A stretch of 64,000 nt of DNA from Callorhinchus milii. Its lineage: Eukaryota. This document shows, piece by piece, positions 23,501 to 34,000 of the stretch. The notes beneath the pieces are model-generated. The model saw nothing but the letters and a program-made list of their open reading frames with translations, had not been told where the DNA came from and made no database searches. The translations under genes and the position numbers were made by a program. Position 1 is the first letter of the stretch; every line of letters starts with the position of its first letter. The DNA lies in the NCBI RefSeq assembly GCF_018977255.1, contig NW_024704742.1, positions 30,940,001 to 31,004,000 of the forward strand, in the 5' to 3' direction.

Positions 23501-24999
23501 CCCATCTTAAAAAAAAGTAAAGCGTGGTTTGAGTTAAAGATCGCAGTCCACTCTTGACAAACATCAAAGTGGGAAATCACTGCATGATTTTTTTTTGGTC
23601 CACCGGATGTCTGACCAATCCCATCACCGTGCTTAAGAGTATCCAAACCAAACTTTAGAGTTACATGCACTGCATGATGTACTGATAGAACGCATATTTG
23701 CACACTCTCAGCCTTGCCGCTGTGAGGAAGTGCTGTGCAGATTTCTCTCTGGGCAGCGAGGGAAAAGGTAGCAGAGGAGCTGTCTTGAGCTGATCTTGCA
23801 GATCTCTTGTCAGCTGGCATCGCAACAGCATTGGTGGAACCATGAGGGCAAGCACTCTATTGCTTCGTGACCACATCACTTCCACCCTCGCTCGCCTCCA
23901 CTGGCTCCCCATCCCCCAGAGGATCGAATTCAAGATCCTCATCCTCACCTACAAGGCCATTGACGGCCTTGCACCCTCCTACCTCTCTGACCTACTATCC
24001 CCCTACCTACCTGCCCGTACACTCCGTTCCTCTGGCTCCGGTCTGCTCCACATCCCAACCGCCCTACCATCGGTGGCCGGGCCTTCAGCCTCTCAGCCCC
24101 TAGGTTTTGGAACTCCATCCCCCAGTGCCTTCGCCGCCTCCTCCCTTTCCTCCTTCAAGGCCGGTCTCAAGACCTTTCTCTTTGACTGTGCCTTCAGCTC
24201 CCCTCTCGACTCTCTACGCCTTCCTCGCTCCCTCCCTCCCTTCCCTCCCCTCACCCTGACCATTTCCCCTCTGCTCGGGTCCTGACCCAACTGTACAGCG
24301 CATTGAGACGTCCTCCCGACGTGAAAGGCGCTCTATAAATGGAATCTTGTTGTTGTTGTTTTATTGGGAATAATGCAGGGTGCAGGATAAATAAGAGATT
24401 CTAGATTGTAAAGCAGCTTTTAAATGTGCCCCGCACAGACAACAGTTTGAATATAACCCACAACGTTCAGCTTCTGGTTTTGTCAGGTCGTCACTGATAT
24501 AATTTCCGTTGCTGGCTGGCTGGATTTCTAGAGCAAGCAGCAAGACATTTGGTCCCCATGACTGCTCTAGCAAATGTTTGTCATGCTGGAAAGGCTTGCA
24601 AGAGTGGTCATAGCTGACAGCTTCCTAGGGCATAGGAAGTTGGCCAGTCAGTGATGGAAGCTAGGAGTATACTGCGCTTCCGGTATAGTGTAAATGGACT
24701 CGCGCTACAGCGGGTTGCATTTTAACTGGGATGGACTGCAATTTCTCTTGGCACGAGCGTCCGCAATGCACTGATTGCTGCGCAGAAACAATCAGGAAAA
24801 GGGAATAATACCACAGGCTTTAAATCTTATTCATTAATTTCAGAAAAGCAACGGTACAGGTACGGCAGGAGCAGATGAAAAAGTAGATTACGTTGTGGTG
24901 GACCAACAGAAGACACTAGCACTGAAGAACACCAGACAGGCATGGACTGACGAGAGACAGTCTACGGAGCCAGAGACCTCAATCAAGAGTGCAAAGTAA
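1967..24999 (+). CDS. GAB1: GAB1 (GRB2-associated binder 1), 5'-partial spliced CDS: join(1967..2568,3306..3400,5447..5750,[12053..12142 cassette],13663..13753,20280..20406,22574..22699,24844..24999)
   Basis: All exons are flanked by AG/GT and keep phase. The translation contains the GAB1 Met-binding motif [13 protein letters not shown], Grb2-SH3 sites PPPRPPKP and PPVDRNLKP, several YxxP and YxxM motifs, and the SHP2 sites YLDL and YVVV. It ends in TAA at 24997-24999. The PH domain is absent, so it lies upstream of the window. Confidence 0.97.
3306..3400 (+). CDS. GAB1: GAB1 exon (95 nt)
   Basis: ttgcag| ... CTG|gtaagt; [32 protein letters not shown]. Confidence 0.93.
3570..3995 (+). mobile_element. 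tRNA-derived Deu-domain-type SINE (SacSINE1/AmnSINE1-like) with L2-like tail
   Basis: ctaggctgacattccagtgcag...gtcccatggtattgtttgaa...tgtttgtgggacattgctgtg...gctatatcaaatgcaagga; homologous copies elsewhere in the window; family name recalled, not searched. Confidence 0.75.
5447..5750 (+). CDS. GAB1: GAB1 exon (304 nt; PI3K YxxM sites, Met-binding site, Grb2 site)
   Basis: cttaag| ... AAAG|gtaaga; [36 protein letters not shown]. Confidence 0.95.
8283..8468 (+). mobile_element. 5'-truncated SINE (3' half); similar fragments near 4536-4680, 5160-5280(-), 6390-6500, 9620-9740, 10050-10160(-), 15540-15745, 17418-17525, 18460-18610, 23185-23385, 32320-32470, 39750-39880 and 63010-63120(-)
   Basis: Recurrent ctgtttgtgggacactgctgt...tacagtcaattcactttacag...gctatatcaaatgcaaggattatt. 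Confidence 0.8.
12053..12142 (+). CDS. GAB1: GAB1 90-nt frame-preserving (probably alternative) cassette exon
   Basis: caattag| ... AAGG|gtaggt; phase 1/1; [30 protein letters not shown] resembles the 30-aa insert of the long GAB1 isoform (GQSPKILR...ERTD...). Confidence 0.88.
13663..13753 (+). CDS. GAB1: GAB1 exon (91 nt)
   Basis: ccacag| ... GA|gtaagt; [30 protein letters not shown]. Confidence 0.94.
17253..17414. mobile_element. Small MITE-like element (Tc1/mariner-pogo-like ends)
   Basis: Left end ta|caataaactcctgataactc; right end gagttatcaggagtatactg|ca; an internal third copy of the arm lies at 17350-17370. Confidence 0.55.
17889..17945. repeat. (TG)n microsatellite followed by a G-rich tract
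   Basis: tgtgtgtg... run then ggtgggtgggtggtggg. Confidence 0.85.
19856..20215 (+). mobile_element. Deu-domain-type SINE copy
   Basis: tRNA-like head gtcagcttggcgcagcggtagcactctc...gggttcaagcc; same body and tail as the 3570 copy. Confidence 0.75.
20280..20406 (+). CDS. GAB1: GAB1 exon (127 nt; third YxxM)
   Basis: aacaag| ... CCC|gtatgt; [42 protein letters not shown]. Confidence 0.92.
22574..22699 (+). CDS. GAB1: GAB1 penultimate exon (126 nt; YLDL SHP2 site)
   Basis: ttgtag| ... AAG|gtacac; ...[24 protein letters not shown]. Confidence 0.94.
23862..24362 (+). mobile_element. L2-clade LINE 3' fragment
   Basis: [44 protein letters not shown] is the typical L2 ORF2 C-terminus; followed by 3'UTR and (TTG)n tail. 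Confidence 0.88.
24844..24999 (+). CDS. GAB1: GAB1 last coding exon (YVVV SHP2 site, stop)
   Basis: tttcag|; [51 protein letters not shown]. Confidence 0.95.
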   Translation, partial: KSNGTGTAGADEKVDYVVVDQQKTLALKNTRQAWTDERQSTEPETSIKSAK

Positions 25000-26900
25000 C
25001 TCAGTACTGCCATTAAAGTAGACCTTCATGCCTTTTTGAGATACTACAAGAGATGGAACTTTGTTGATCCTGCCACCAATGGCCTTCTCTCTCCGCTGTG
25101 CCCTACATCTGTAAGCCACTGATCAGTTTGTGAACCCCTCAAAGTGTTGCAAGGCCAACAAGTTGAGGCTTTAGCTACAGAATCTACAGAATCAAAGAGA
25201 GCCACTTATTTTGAGTCCAAATATTTTGGGTTAGGGATATTTTTTCTCAGATTGCTGTCTGGACGTAGTATTGTATGCAGTGTGTATAGAGGTCTGTACA
25301 AATAGCTGCACCTGGATTCTGAATGTTTCGAGCAATCTTAATATTTTTGTTTAAGACTGTGTCTTTAAGCATTTGTTCAAAAGGTTATTTTGGGTACATG
25401 GAGAAGCTATTAGGTTTTTGCGACAATCTCGTCACTTATGGCGATATTTATCAACGTAGGAAATAACTTCACATTTAATTCTGAATCAAGGTCATTGTTA
25501 AAACATCCGTTCCACAATCTAAGGTTTTACCTAAACTAATTTTCTAACTTTTTTTTAATGTCCAGTTTTATTTAAGCTTAGTTGAGTTAATTTTGTTTTT
25601 GACACTTTAAAGTTGCAAAGTACAGGCATTTAGGCTTACCTGAAGTAGTTACGATTGAAATTCCAGTATATTGTTAAATATCTCTAGAGTAACATTGCTG
25701 GCAGTGGCCTTTAGATGAAGTTTCTACTAATTACTTACTAAAAAATCGCCCTTAGGTCCCACAGGTTGCCTTTCCAGTATTGAAAACAAAATGGACAGTA
25801 AATGCCAATTCTTTCTTATTATTCAGTGAAAGTGTATCCAAATGGCTGGCGCAGATGAGAAATATTTGCTACACCGTTGTTGCATTATTAAATCCGACAT
25901 GGAAAGTGAAGATTTTGATCCTTGTTATGAAGTTGACACGCCTAAGGTTTTTTTTAAACCGAAAGATGCAACGGTGCAGATTCTGCAGGGTAGAGTTTTG
26001 CATTGTACGTCACTAACCCTGGTTAGGTGATGTCCCAGGCAGTAAGATGGCCCTCGGTTTGGAAATGAAGTGGTTCAGTGAACTGGGTTGTTTCTTACCA
26101 TTCTGTCAGCCATGTGTTTTTGAGCCCTATATGCAATTTGAAAATGTTTATACTACTTAAGATAATGATAAATTCTGGGCGAATTTATAGATGGCTACTT
26201 TACCCCTTTTTGGATTTTGAGAGATCAGGTATTCAGTGCTCAAATTTAAAAATACCATCTGCTGTTTATAATGGCAATTAAATTATGCAGAATACTCAGA
26301 AGCCACTTCTTACATCATTTCAGTAATAAAAAAAAGCTGCCTTATCTCGGGAATGTGATAATTCTGTTGTACATAAAATCGTTTTTCTCTTCAAATCACT
26401 TATAAAGTGCTTATAAACTGTAAATGTACTAAAAAATTACTAACATTTGTATTTACAGAAATTGTCTATTCATAAAATGTCTGTGTCCATCAAAGATTTT
26501 TTATCATTAAATCGTGAATGAATTATGGTTTTACTATGTATGTTTCTAGAGTTCCAGCTTATTGGCTTCTATCTAAACACAAATGCCTCGGCTGGAGAAC
26601 TCTTTCCTCTTGATGTAAATTACATGTAGCAATGTTACTGCCTATAGTGAAGCAGTCACCCTTAATGCTTTGTAACTTCTTGCNTTTTTTAATGAAAGTT
26701 ACAGAAATGTGTCCATTGTAATGTAAATATAAAATTTAAATAAAAGAATATTCCACCTAGGATGTATTAACTTTACTCAATGCTTCCTGCACAGATGTCA
26801 GGATGAGCAGACTATGTTAACCTGCAAGCCCCATGATTAAGATTATGCAGATAAAAATCTGGTTTTATTTACAATAAATTAAATTGAAGTTGTGATTTAG
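25000..26900 (+). other. GAB1: GAB1 3'UTR (approximate end)
   Basis: AT-rich, SINE-free sequence after the stop; AATAAA at 26325, 26739 and 26873; true cleavage site not determinable from sequence. Confidence 0.6.
26739..26744 (+). terminator. Candidate GAB1 polyadenylation signal AATAAA (alternatives at 26325 and 26873)
   Basis: Canonical hexamer downstream of the GAB1 stop, preceded by TGTA motifs. Confidence 0.45.
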
Positions 26901-28147
26901 TGATTCACCAGCAGGGGGAGAAATTCCACCTGCACCTAGATTTACTGTAGTAGCCAGTACACGAGCCAGTGCGGTACTTGTATATTTGTTATGTGTTAAT
27001 CATATAAAATCCGGCTTAGCATTCCTTTACATAATCATATGTGATACAACTTATGCAAGTTTGCCATAACTCATACTTTGCGTCAGTTATGTTAAATGTT
27101 ATGGCATCGATTTTTTGTTTTGTTTTGGTCAGCCAGATGTTCTGACACATGCGGAAACCAAACTGAGAATTCCATGCATCCCACCTCCATATGGAAATCC
27201 CAGAGATAGATCGTTGAAATGGAATGCGCACTCTCCCCCTGGAGGGATGGATTCTGCTTACTTCATTCCAGAAAGTATCGGTGCAGCCAAGGCTTGGGAA
27301 CATCAGAGTGTGCGATGGGGTACTGCTGGATTCTAACCAGCTAAGACCGCATAGTTTGCCATTGATATTGCTTTCTGGAAAGGTTTCCCGCTACTTGTCC
27401 AGCTAGGACCACCCACCCGGTAGGGCTTTGGCTTGCAGGATTAACAGGAGCTGAGTGGGTGATGATTCCCTGCCCCCAGTGACTGGTCTGCCGTTCCAGG
27501 TTCTACCGATGAGCCAGGCCGGCTGTGCTGTCATCAGCAGTGCCCTGGAATATGGCAAACCCGCCTGGCTAGGAACCAAATCCCCAAGAGTGCCATAGAG
27601 GGCTGGTTCGATTCCAACATTCCATTGCCAGGCATGTCATCTTGAAGTCAGTTCAGCTCCAAGGAGACCCCACTTACCTACCCCCCCCAAGGAGGATAGT
27701 CACTGATGCACTTGTGTGAGTCATTTTTGTAGCAAACAGAATTTGAATAATTCTTAAATACACTTTCATTTTGAAGCCAGCTTTCTGTAAGTTATTTTAA
27801 CAGCTAAAGAAAGACGACTTCAAAGTTAAGCCTAAATTCAACAGTTTGCCGAATTCTAGACCCTCTGAAATATTATACAAATGGAATAAATGCAAACCCA
27901 GGTGGAATTTTCTCCACAGATAGCATTGGATAAGGAAAGCCCTTCAGTCAGGTTGATCTTATCCTTCCAAAATACCAATCCCATCAAGTTCTACATCTTC
28001 CTTGGAAAACAGCCGATTTATTTACTTATCCTTTTTAAGTACAGTATCTTGTATACTGCTCTATAAGACCCTCCCCGCCACACCGCCCGAGACATTTTTT
28101 TCAGGTTGAAAGACCTAATTAAAAAACACATAGTAGAGTAACATAGT

Positions 28148-28425
28148 TGAGTCCTGCAGCTGAGTGGTTAGAGCATTAGTCTCGCAAGCGAGAGGACCTG
28201 GGTTTGATTCCCTGCAGGACGAAATGTCAGGCAAGAGTCCTTACTCCGCATGCCTCTGTTTACCCAGCAGTGAGTAGGAACCTGGTTGTTAGTCGATTGG
28301 TGAATCGCTATTCTGGGGATAATAATCCCGTCGAAAAAAAAATTATAATAATAATTTGGTCGCTCAATCCATGACTGTTTGTGAGACATTGCTGTGTACA
28401 ATCGGCTGCCGCGTTTCACCCACTG
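28148..28425 (+). mobile_element. Second tRNA-derived SINE family (CORE-like block), 3'-interrupted by L2
   Basis: Pol III A/B-box-like head gagtcctgcagctgagtggttagagca...gggtttgattcc; ggcaag...ccttactcc...gcctctgttt. Confidence 0.75.
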
Positions 28426-28429
28426 TCAT

Positions 28430-29272
28430 ACACGAGATAACTTTCTTCAGCTGAATGTCAACAAGACTGAAACTCTCCTGATTGGCTCCCATCAGCGCCT
28501 CCACACCTCACGCACCAACAGCATCACCAAAGTAAGGATGCGCACTCCACCTTATTAAGCCAATCCGGAACCTTGGCGTCTTGTTTGACCCTCAACTATC
28601 ATTTCTACCCCACATCAGTCCCATGACCAGCTCTGCCTTCACCCACTGTCTCACACCGCAGGCCACCAAAACCCTCATACACGCATTCATAACATCCAGG
28701 CTTGACTGCAATCTCCTTGCTTGTCGGCCTCCCCAAGTCTTCCCTCCGTAGGCTGCAGATCATCCAGAACTCTTGCATCCCATGTCCTCTCCATTACCAG
28801 GCTCATTACCAGGGTGACCCAATCACCCCATCCTTGCCTGACTCCACTGGCTTCCCATCACACAGAGGATACAGTTCAAGATACTGGTCCTCAACTTCAA
28901 AGCCCTCCATGGCCTTGCTCCCCCCTACCTCTGCAACCTCCTAATCCCCAAACAACCTGCTCACTGCCTCCACTTAGTGGACTCCGGCTTGCTTTACGTC
29001 CCCCGCCTAGCACAGTCCGCCATTGGCGAGCAGCCCTTCAGCAACTCTGCCCCACCCTCTGGAACTCCATCCCACAGTCTCTCCTCCTCGCCCCTTTCAA
29101 GACTCGTTTCAAAACCCTCCTCTTCAACCGTGCCTTCAATCACCCTCCTCCACCTGCCATCCACCCTCCCTGATCCCAACCACCAGCTCAGGTCTGAAAC
29201 ACTGATTATCCAGCGTATTGGCACGTCCTCCTGACGTGAAAGGCATTGTAATTTTGTGGTGGTTGTTGTTGT
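28430..29272 (+). mobile_element. L2-clade LINE 3' fragment (frameshifted ORF2)
   Basis: LQLNVNKTE-like segment, LLVGLPKSSLRRLQIIQNS; same 3' tail. Confidence 0.85.
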
Positions 29273-29411
29273 ATACAGCAATTCAGTTTACAGTATACTC
29301 TGTGAAGCACTTTGAAACATCTCAAAGACGTGAGACGTGATAAGGTGCTTTATCAAATGCAAAAATTATTCTTATTCAAAAAATAAAATTGATCATTCAC
29401 TTCATGGCTTT

Positions 29412-29722
29412 TTGGAGTCCTGTGGCTCAGTGGTTAGAGCACTCACCTTGCAAGCGAGACACCAGGGTTCAATTCCAGCCAGGGCAAAACCTTGGGCAAG
29501 TTTCCTTACTCCACATAATAATAATCCCTCCAAAAAACAAAACAATAATAAATTGGTCATTTTTAATCCACTACTGTTTGTGGGACACTGCTGTGCGCAA
29601 TTGGTTGCCGCGTTTCGCCCACAAATATACAGTCAATTCACTTTACAGCATATTCTGTGAAGTGCTTTGAGACATCTAGAAGACGTGAAAGCACTATATC
29701 AAATGCAAGGATTATTATTATT
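29412..29722 (+). mobile_element. Second tRNA-derived SINE family, full-length short variant
   Basis: ggagtcctgtggctcagtggttagagcac...gggttcaattcc...ccttgggcaagtttccttactcc...atcaaatgcaagg(att)n. Confidence 0.85.
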
Positions 29723-31735
29723 ATATGGGGCATTGCAGTGCACAAATTGGCTGCTGCGTTCAACCACAAAAGGAATCATCAACAGTAAAACCTGTGAAGT
29801 GCTCTGGGATGTGCTTCTGATATGAATTGTGCTGTTGTTGAATTATTAAATTAAATGTAAGAGTTACTATGTGTCTACTAATTCTTAATAGTGCATCACT
29901 CCATTACCTGGGATCAGGCTTATTGTCTTCTATATGCTTCTAGCGCTTTTATGTCGCAATGGTTAGAAATATTTGCAACAACAACTTGCATTTATGTAAC
30001 ACCCTTCACACGGGTAGCATCTCAGAGAGCTTAACTTCAGTGTGGTTTGATGGTGAGCTGGAAAGAGAGGGAATTGACCAAAGGCCAAAGGCACAGATGA
30101 AGACGAACGTCTTCAGGTTTGACTTGAAGACAGACAAACAGGGCATCAGTTGAAAGGATTGAGGCAGAGGGTTGTCAGTGGTAAAGTGGAGTGGAGAGAT
30201 GTGCAGAAGACCAAAGCCAGCTGAGTGAAAGCAGTTAGTAGTGAGTGGGGCATGAGCAGTGCTCCAGGCTTGTAACAAGAACGCTGTATTTATTTTGGGG
30301 ATTTAAATTCAACTAACTTGAAAGTGTTGCCCGGCAACCTAATAGATTTGTTTATTTCTGCCTTACACAATTTGGGCATGAGTTTATTAGTTTTCAAAAG
30401 CCTCTTAGAACTCCCATTGTATTAGAGTATGTCATATGATCACTGAACTTCCACTCTACACTCTGGAGGTGGCGTCAGCTTTACAGCAGGTACGTCTATT
30501 GGCTGAAGCCCATAACATGAGGATCTGGATTAAGCAGATGTCTGCCGAATAGTTGGTGGTTTGAGGCTTTGGATGACAATTGACAGAAGGTGTTACCAAG
30601 AGTTCAGGTTTGTGAACACACACTCACATCCAGAGCTTGATTGTAAAACAGGCATATACCCTGCAGAATCTGCACTATTTATCTTTTTGTTTAATAAAAA
30701 CCTTAGGCATATCAACTTCATAATGAGGAATAAAATCACTTTCTGTGTAATATTCGCTAGTTGATGAAGTTCTCCACCTCCAAGTGGTGGAACCAATGCT
30801 CAATGTGTAGAGATGTGTGTCCAAGCCATGTGTTGGAGATTTTGTTGGTGACCATGTTCTCACATGTTTCATGCTCAGTTGTGCTACATACTAAGAGTTT
30901 CTGGTATCTGCTATCCACATGGGCTCAAACATGCTTGTGCTAATCGGATGCCAAATGACCAACTAGTGACTATCCTCCTGCGTGTGTGTTGGTGAGGGGA
31001 GTGGTGGTGTATATAGGGTATCCTTGGGAAGCTATGCAGGGTATCCTTGGCAATGATCTGGTTTCAAGGTGACGTGCTTGGCAATGGAATGTCAAAATCT
31101 CAGCAGTCCAGTTCCTGAGCTGGTCGGGACCACAGAGCTCCAAGGCACTGTTGATGACAGACGAACCAGCCTGTCCGGTCAGCAGGACAAGGAGGATCAG
31201 ACCAGTGACTGGGAGCAAGAATTCTTGCCTCTCAATTCCTGTTAATAATACAAGCTAAAGCCCTCATGGGTAGGGTAATCCTTGTTGGACATGCAGTAGG
31301 AAGCTTGCCTAACAGTGCTCAGAACAGTAAACTGTGCAGTATTAGCTGATGAAACTCCCAACAGTAACCCAACACACACTCTAAGCCTAGTACTCTCCAG
31401 AATTAAGTAATCAGGGGGTTCTTCACTCCAGAGAGAAAGTGCACATTTCATTCCACACAAGTAGGAGAAAACTTCCATGCGTAGGTGGCATGAATACGTA
31501 GAACTGTCTCATTTGAATACTCATGCGCAGCAATGGGTTTCAGCGCCTTGGGACGTCCTCTGGACATGAAAGGCGCTCTATAAATGGAATCTTGTTGTTG
31601 TTGTTGTTCTGCATGTGTCAAAACAACCTAAAAAAAAAGTTTCATACTGATCTTTTTATTTCTTTTGATATACATCTTTCTTATTCACCACCTGCTTTCT
31701 GCTTTTTCTTCATCCTGATCCATGAGAGTTGTTCT

Positions 31736-31960
31736 TTCTGGAACTCCATCCGCAGTCCCTCCGCCTCATCCCCTCCCTTGCCTCTTTCCAAGACCCTCCT
31801 CTCCAACCAGGCCTTCGGTCACCCTTCTTCCCCCACTGCCCTCCCTGATCCCGACGCCCACACTCGCTGATCCCGACCCCCAGCTCAGGTCCGAAACACT
31901 GATTTTCCAACGCCTTGGGACATCCTCCCGACGTGAAAGGCGCGATACAAATGTAATTTT
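31736..31960 (+). mobile_element. L2 3'UTR fragment (another tail piece at about 31540-31608)
   Basis: Matches 29060-29250: cagctcaggtccgaaacactgatt...cccgacgtgaaaggcgc. Confidence 0.75.
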
Positions 31961-32851
31961 TTCATTGTTATTGCCGGGTGTACACACAAAAACTTTTTGG
32001 ATGTGTTGAATGTTCCCTAATAAGTTTCCATCTAATAAAATAATCATTAGATTGGGCTGAATCTGAGAAACTGGTTGGAAATGGGGAATTTTCTGGGTTT
32101 TAATCTAGAATTGCCTTTCCTTTTATTCTGTTTCACACCCATTTTTTCCGCACCACCCTAAGCAAAGGATGTGTATGGAGGACACTTCTTAATTTTAAAT
32201 GGGAAAGCTTTCAAAATTAAAATTGCCTAACTTCTGTTTCAGGTCAGGTAGTGTAAGAATGTACCTTATCACATTGGAACATTTTATGGCGCTTCATAAT
32301 ATTTATTGGACTAACCATTTTATATGGAATATTGCTGTTCGCAAATTGACTGCCGCGTTTGCCTACAAAAATAGTCACTGCACTTTACAATGAACTGACG
32401 CGTTTCGAGACATTCCTCGGATGTGAAGGCGCAATGTTAAATGTAAGGATTATTATTATTTATTATTATTGTAATGTTTATAAGCTTTGCTGCTCAATTT
32501 ATTTACAATTAAATAAAATTCAAATATCACTTTCTTGCGAAAAGGCTTTCTTTCCCATCATTCTCTAATCGACGTGAGAACCATTATGGAATGGGTGGAA
32601 GCCTGTCTTTCAAAACGACAGCTCGTTGAGATTAATTGAGCTTGTAAAATTATGCTTTTGACATTTTGCAATTTGAATGTCACGATCTTCGGTCTAAAAT
32701 TCCTATGCATTTCTACCAGAGAATGCTTTTGTTCTGAATCACCGACTGCGGAGCAATCGTGTGCTTACATGAATTCACTGATTAAAATCCTGCTTGGGCA
32801 CCATCATTACAGTGCATTTTAGTGCACTCCCCAGTGAAAATTCACAGCGTG

Positions 32852-33170
32852 TGGAGTCCTGTAGCTCAGTGGTTAGAGCACTCGCTTTGCAAGTGAGAGA
32901 CCTGAGTTCAATTCCAGGCAGAGGGCGAAACCTTGGGCAAGTTTCCTTACTCCACACGCCTAATAATAATCCCTTCAAAACAAAACAATAATAAATCGGT
33001 CATTTTCAATCTACGACTGTTTGTGGGACATTGCTGTGCGCAATTGGCTGCCACGTTTGCCCACAAATATACAGTCAATTCACTTTACAGTATGTTCTGT
33101 GAAGCGCTTTGGGACGTCCTCCCGACGTGAAAAGCGCTATATCAAATGCAAGGATTATTATTTATATTAT
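32852..33170 (+). mobile_element. Second tRNA-derived SINE family, full-length short variant
   Basis: Highly similar to 29412-29722; A-box tagctcagtgg, B-box-like gagttcaattcc. Confidence 0.85.
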
Positions 33171-33194
33171 TTCAATCCTGGAATAGTGCTTCTT

Positions 33195-33550
33195 TCACAG
33201 GGCAAAACTCGGGAAGTCTTGAAGGAGGCGAGCAGGGGGGGGGGGGGAGGGGGGGTGAGGCGGAGGGATTGCGGGATGGAGTTCCAGAGGGCGGGGGCAG
33301 AGCAGCAAATGGCCCGGCCGCCCATAGCGGGGCGAGCGAAGGGGGGGGGGATGTGAAGCAGTCCGGCGCCCGCTGAGCGGAGGGGGTGGGCGGGAATGGT
33401 AGGGGGTGAGGAGGTCGGAGAGGTCGGAGGGGGGGGGGGGCAAGACCGTGAAGGGCTTTGAAGGTGAGGACCAGGATCTTGAACTGTATCCTCTGTGTGA
33501 TGGGAAGGCAGTGGAGTCGGGCGAGGATGGGGGGGGGGCGATAGGGTCAT
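33195..33550 (-). mobile_element. L2 ORF2 C-terminal fragment, GC-enriched, abutting the SMARCA5 promoter
   Basis: Minus strand cacagaggatacagttcaagatcctggtcctc matches the 28861 copy; LRSAGAGLLHIP...APALWNSIPQSL. Confidence 0.8.
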
Positions 33551-33569
33551 AGAACCAGGTGCGGGAGAG

Positions 33570-33802
33570 GACGTGGGGGGTGTGGGGGGGGAGGGAATAG
33601 GGTGGGGGGGTGGGAATAGAGAGGGTGGGGTGGGAATAGGGTGGGGGGTGGGAATAGAGGGGGGGAGGGAATAGGGTGGGGGGGGAATAGAGGGGGGGTG
33701 GGAATAGGGTGGGGGGGGAATAGAGGGGGGGTGGGAATAGGGTGGGGGGGGAATAGAGGGGGGGTGGGAATAGGGTGGGGGGGGTGGGAATAGTGGGGGG
33801 GG
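33570..33802 (+). repeat. G-rich minisatellite (GnTGGGAATAG / GnGAATAG units), G-quadruplex-prone
   Basis: More than 10 tandem GGGAATAG cores separated by G runs. Confidence 0.9.
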
Positions 33803-34000
33803 AGGAGAAATCTCGCGAGACTAGAGAGCGAGTGAGCGGGAGCGGAGATCTCGCGATACCTGTGCTGCCCGGCCCCCGGCGCCGCGCTCCCGCCCCAGAC
33901 TGCACCGCGACCCTCCTCTCGCGAGATCCGGGTGCCGCCGAGATCGTGTGACGGCGGCGCGGCGGTGGCGGCGCCGGACAGAAGGGGCACCGGCGGCCGG

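Noticed and set aside
25842..26030. Peptide similarity between small ORFs (DFDPCYEVDTPKVF versus DFIPHYEVDMPKVF at 30675-30872)
   Set aside because: Explained by the nucleotide-level inverted repeat. The flanks are unrelated and there is no evidence of a coding micropeptide.
32852..32930. tRNA-like sequences (also at 28148, 29412, 55291, 57550-57626, 19856)
   Set aside because: These are SINE heads. They have A/B-box-like motifs but continue straight into the SINE body, and I see no intact acceptor stem.
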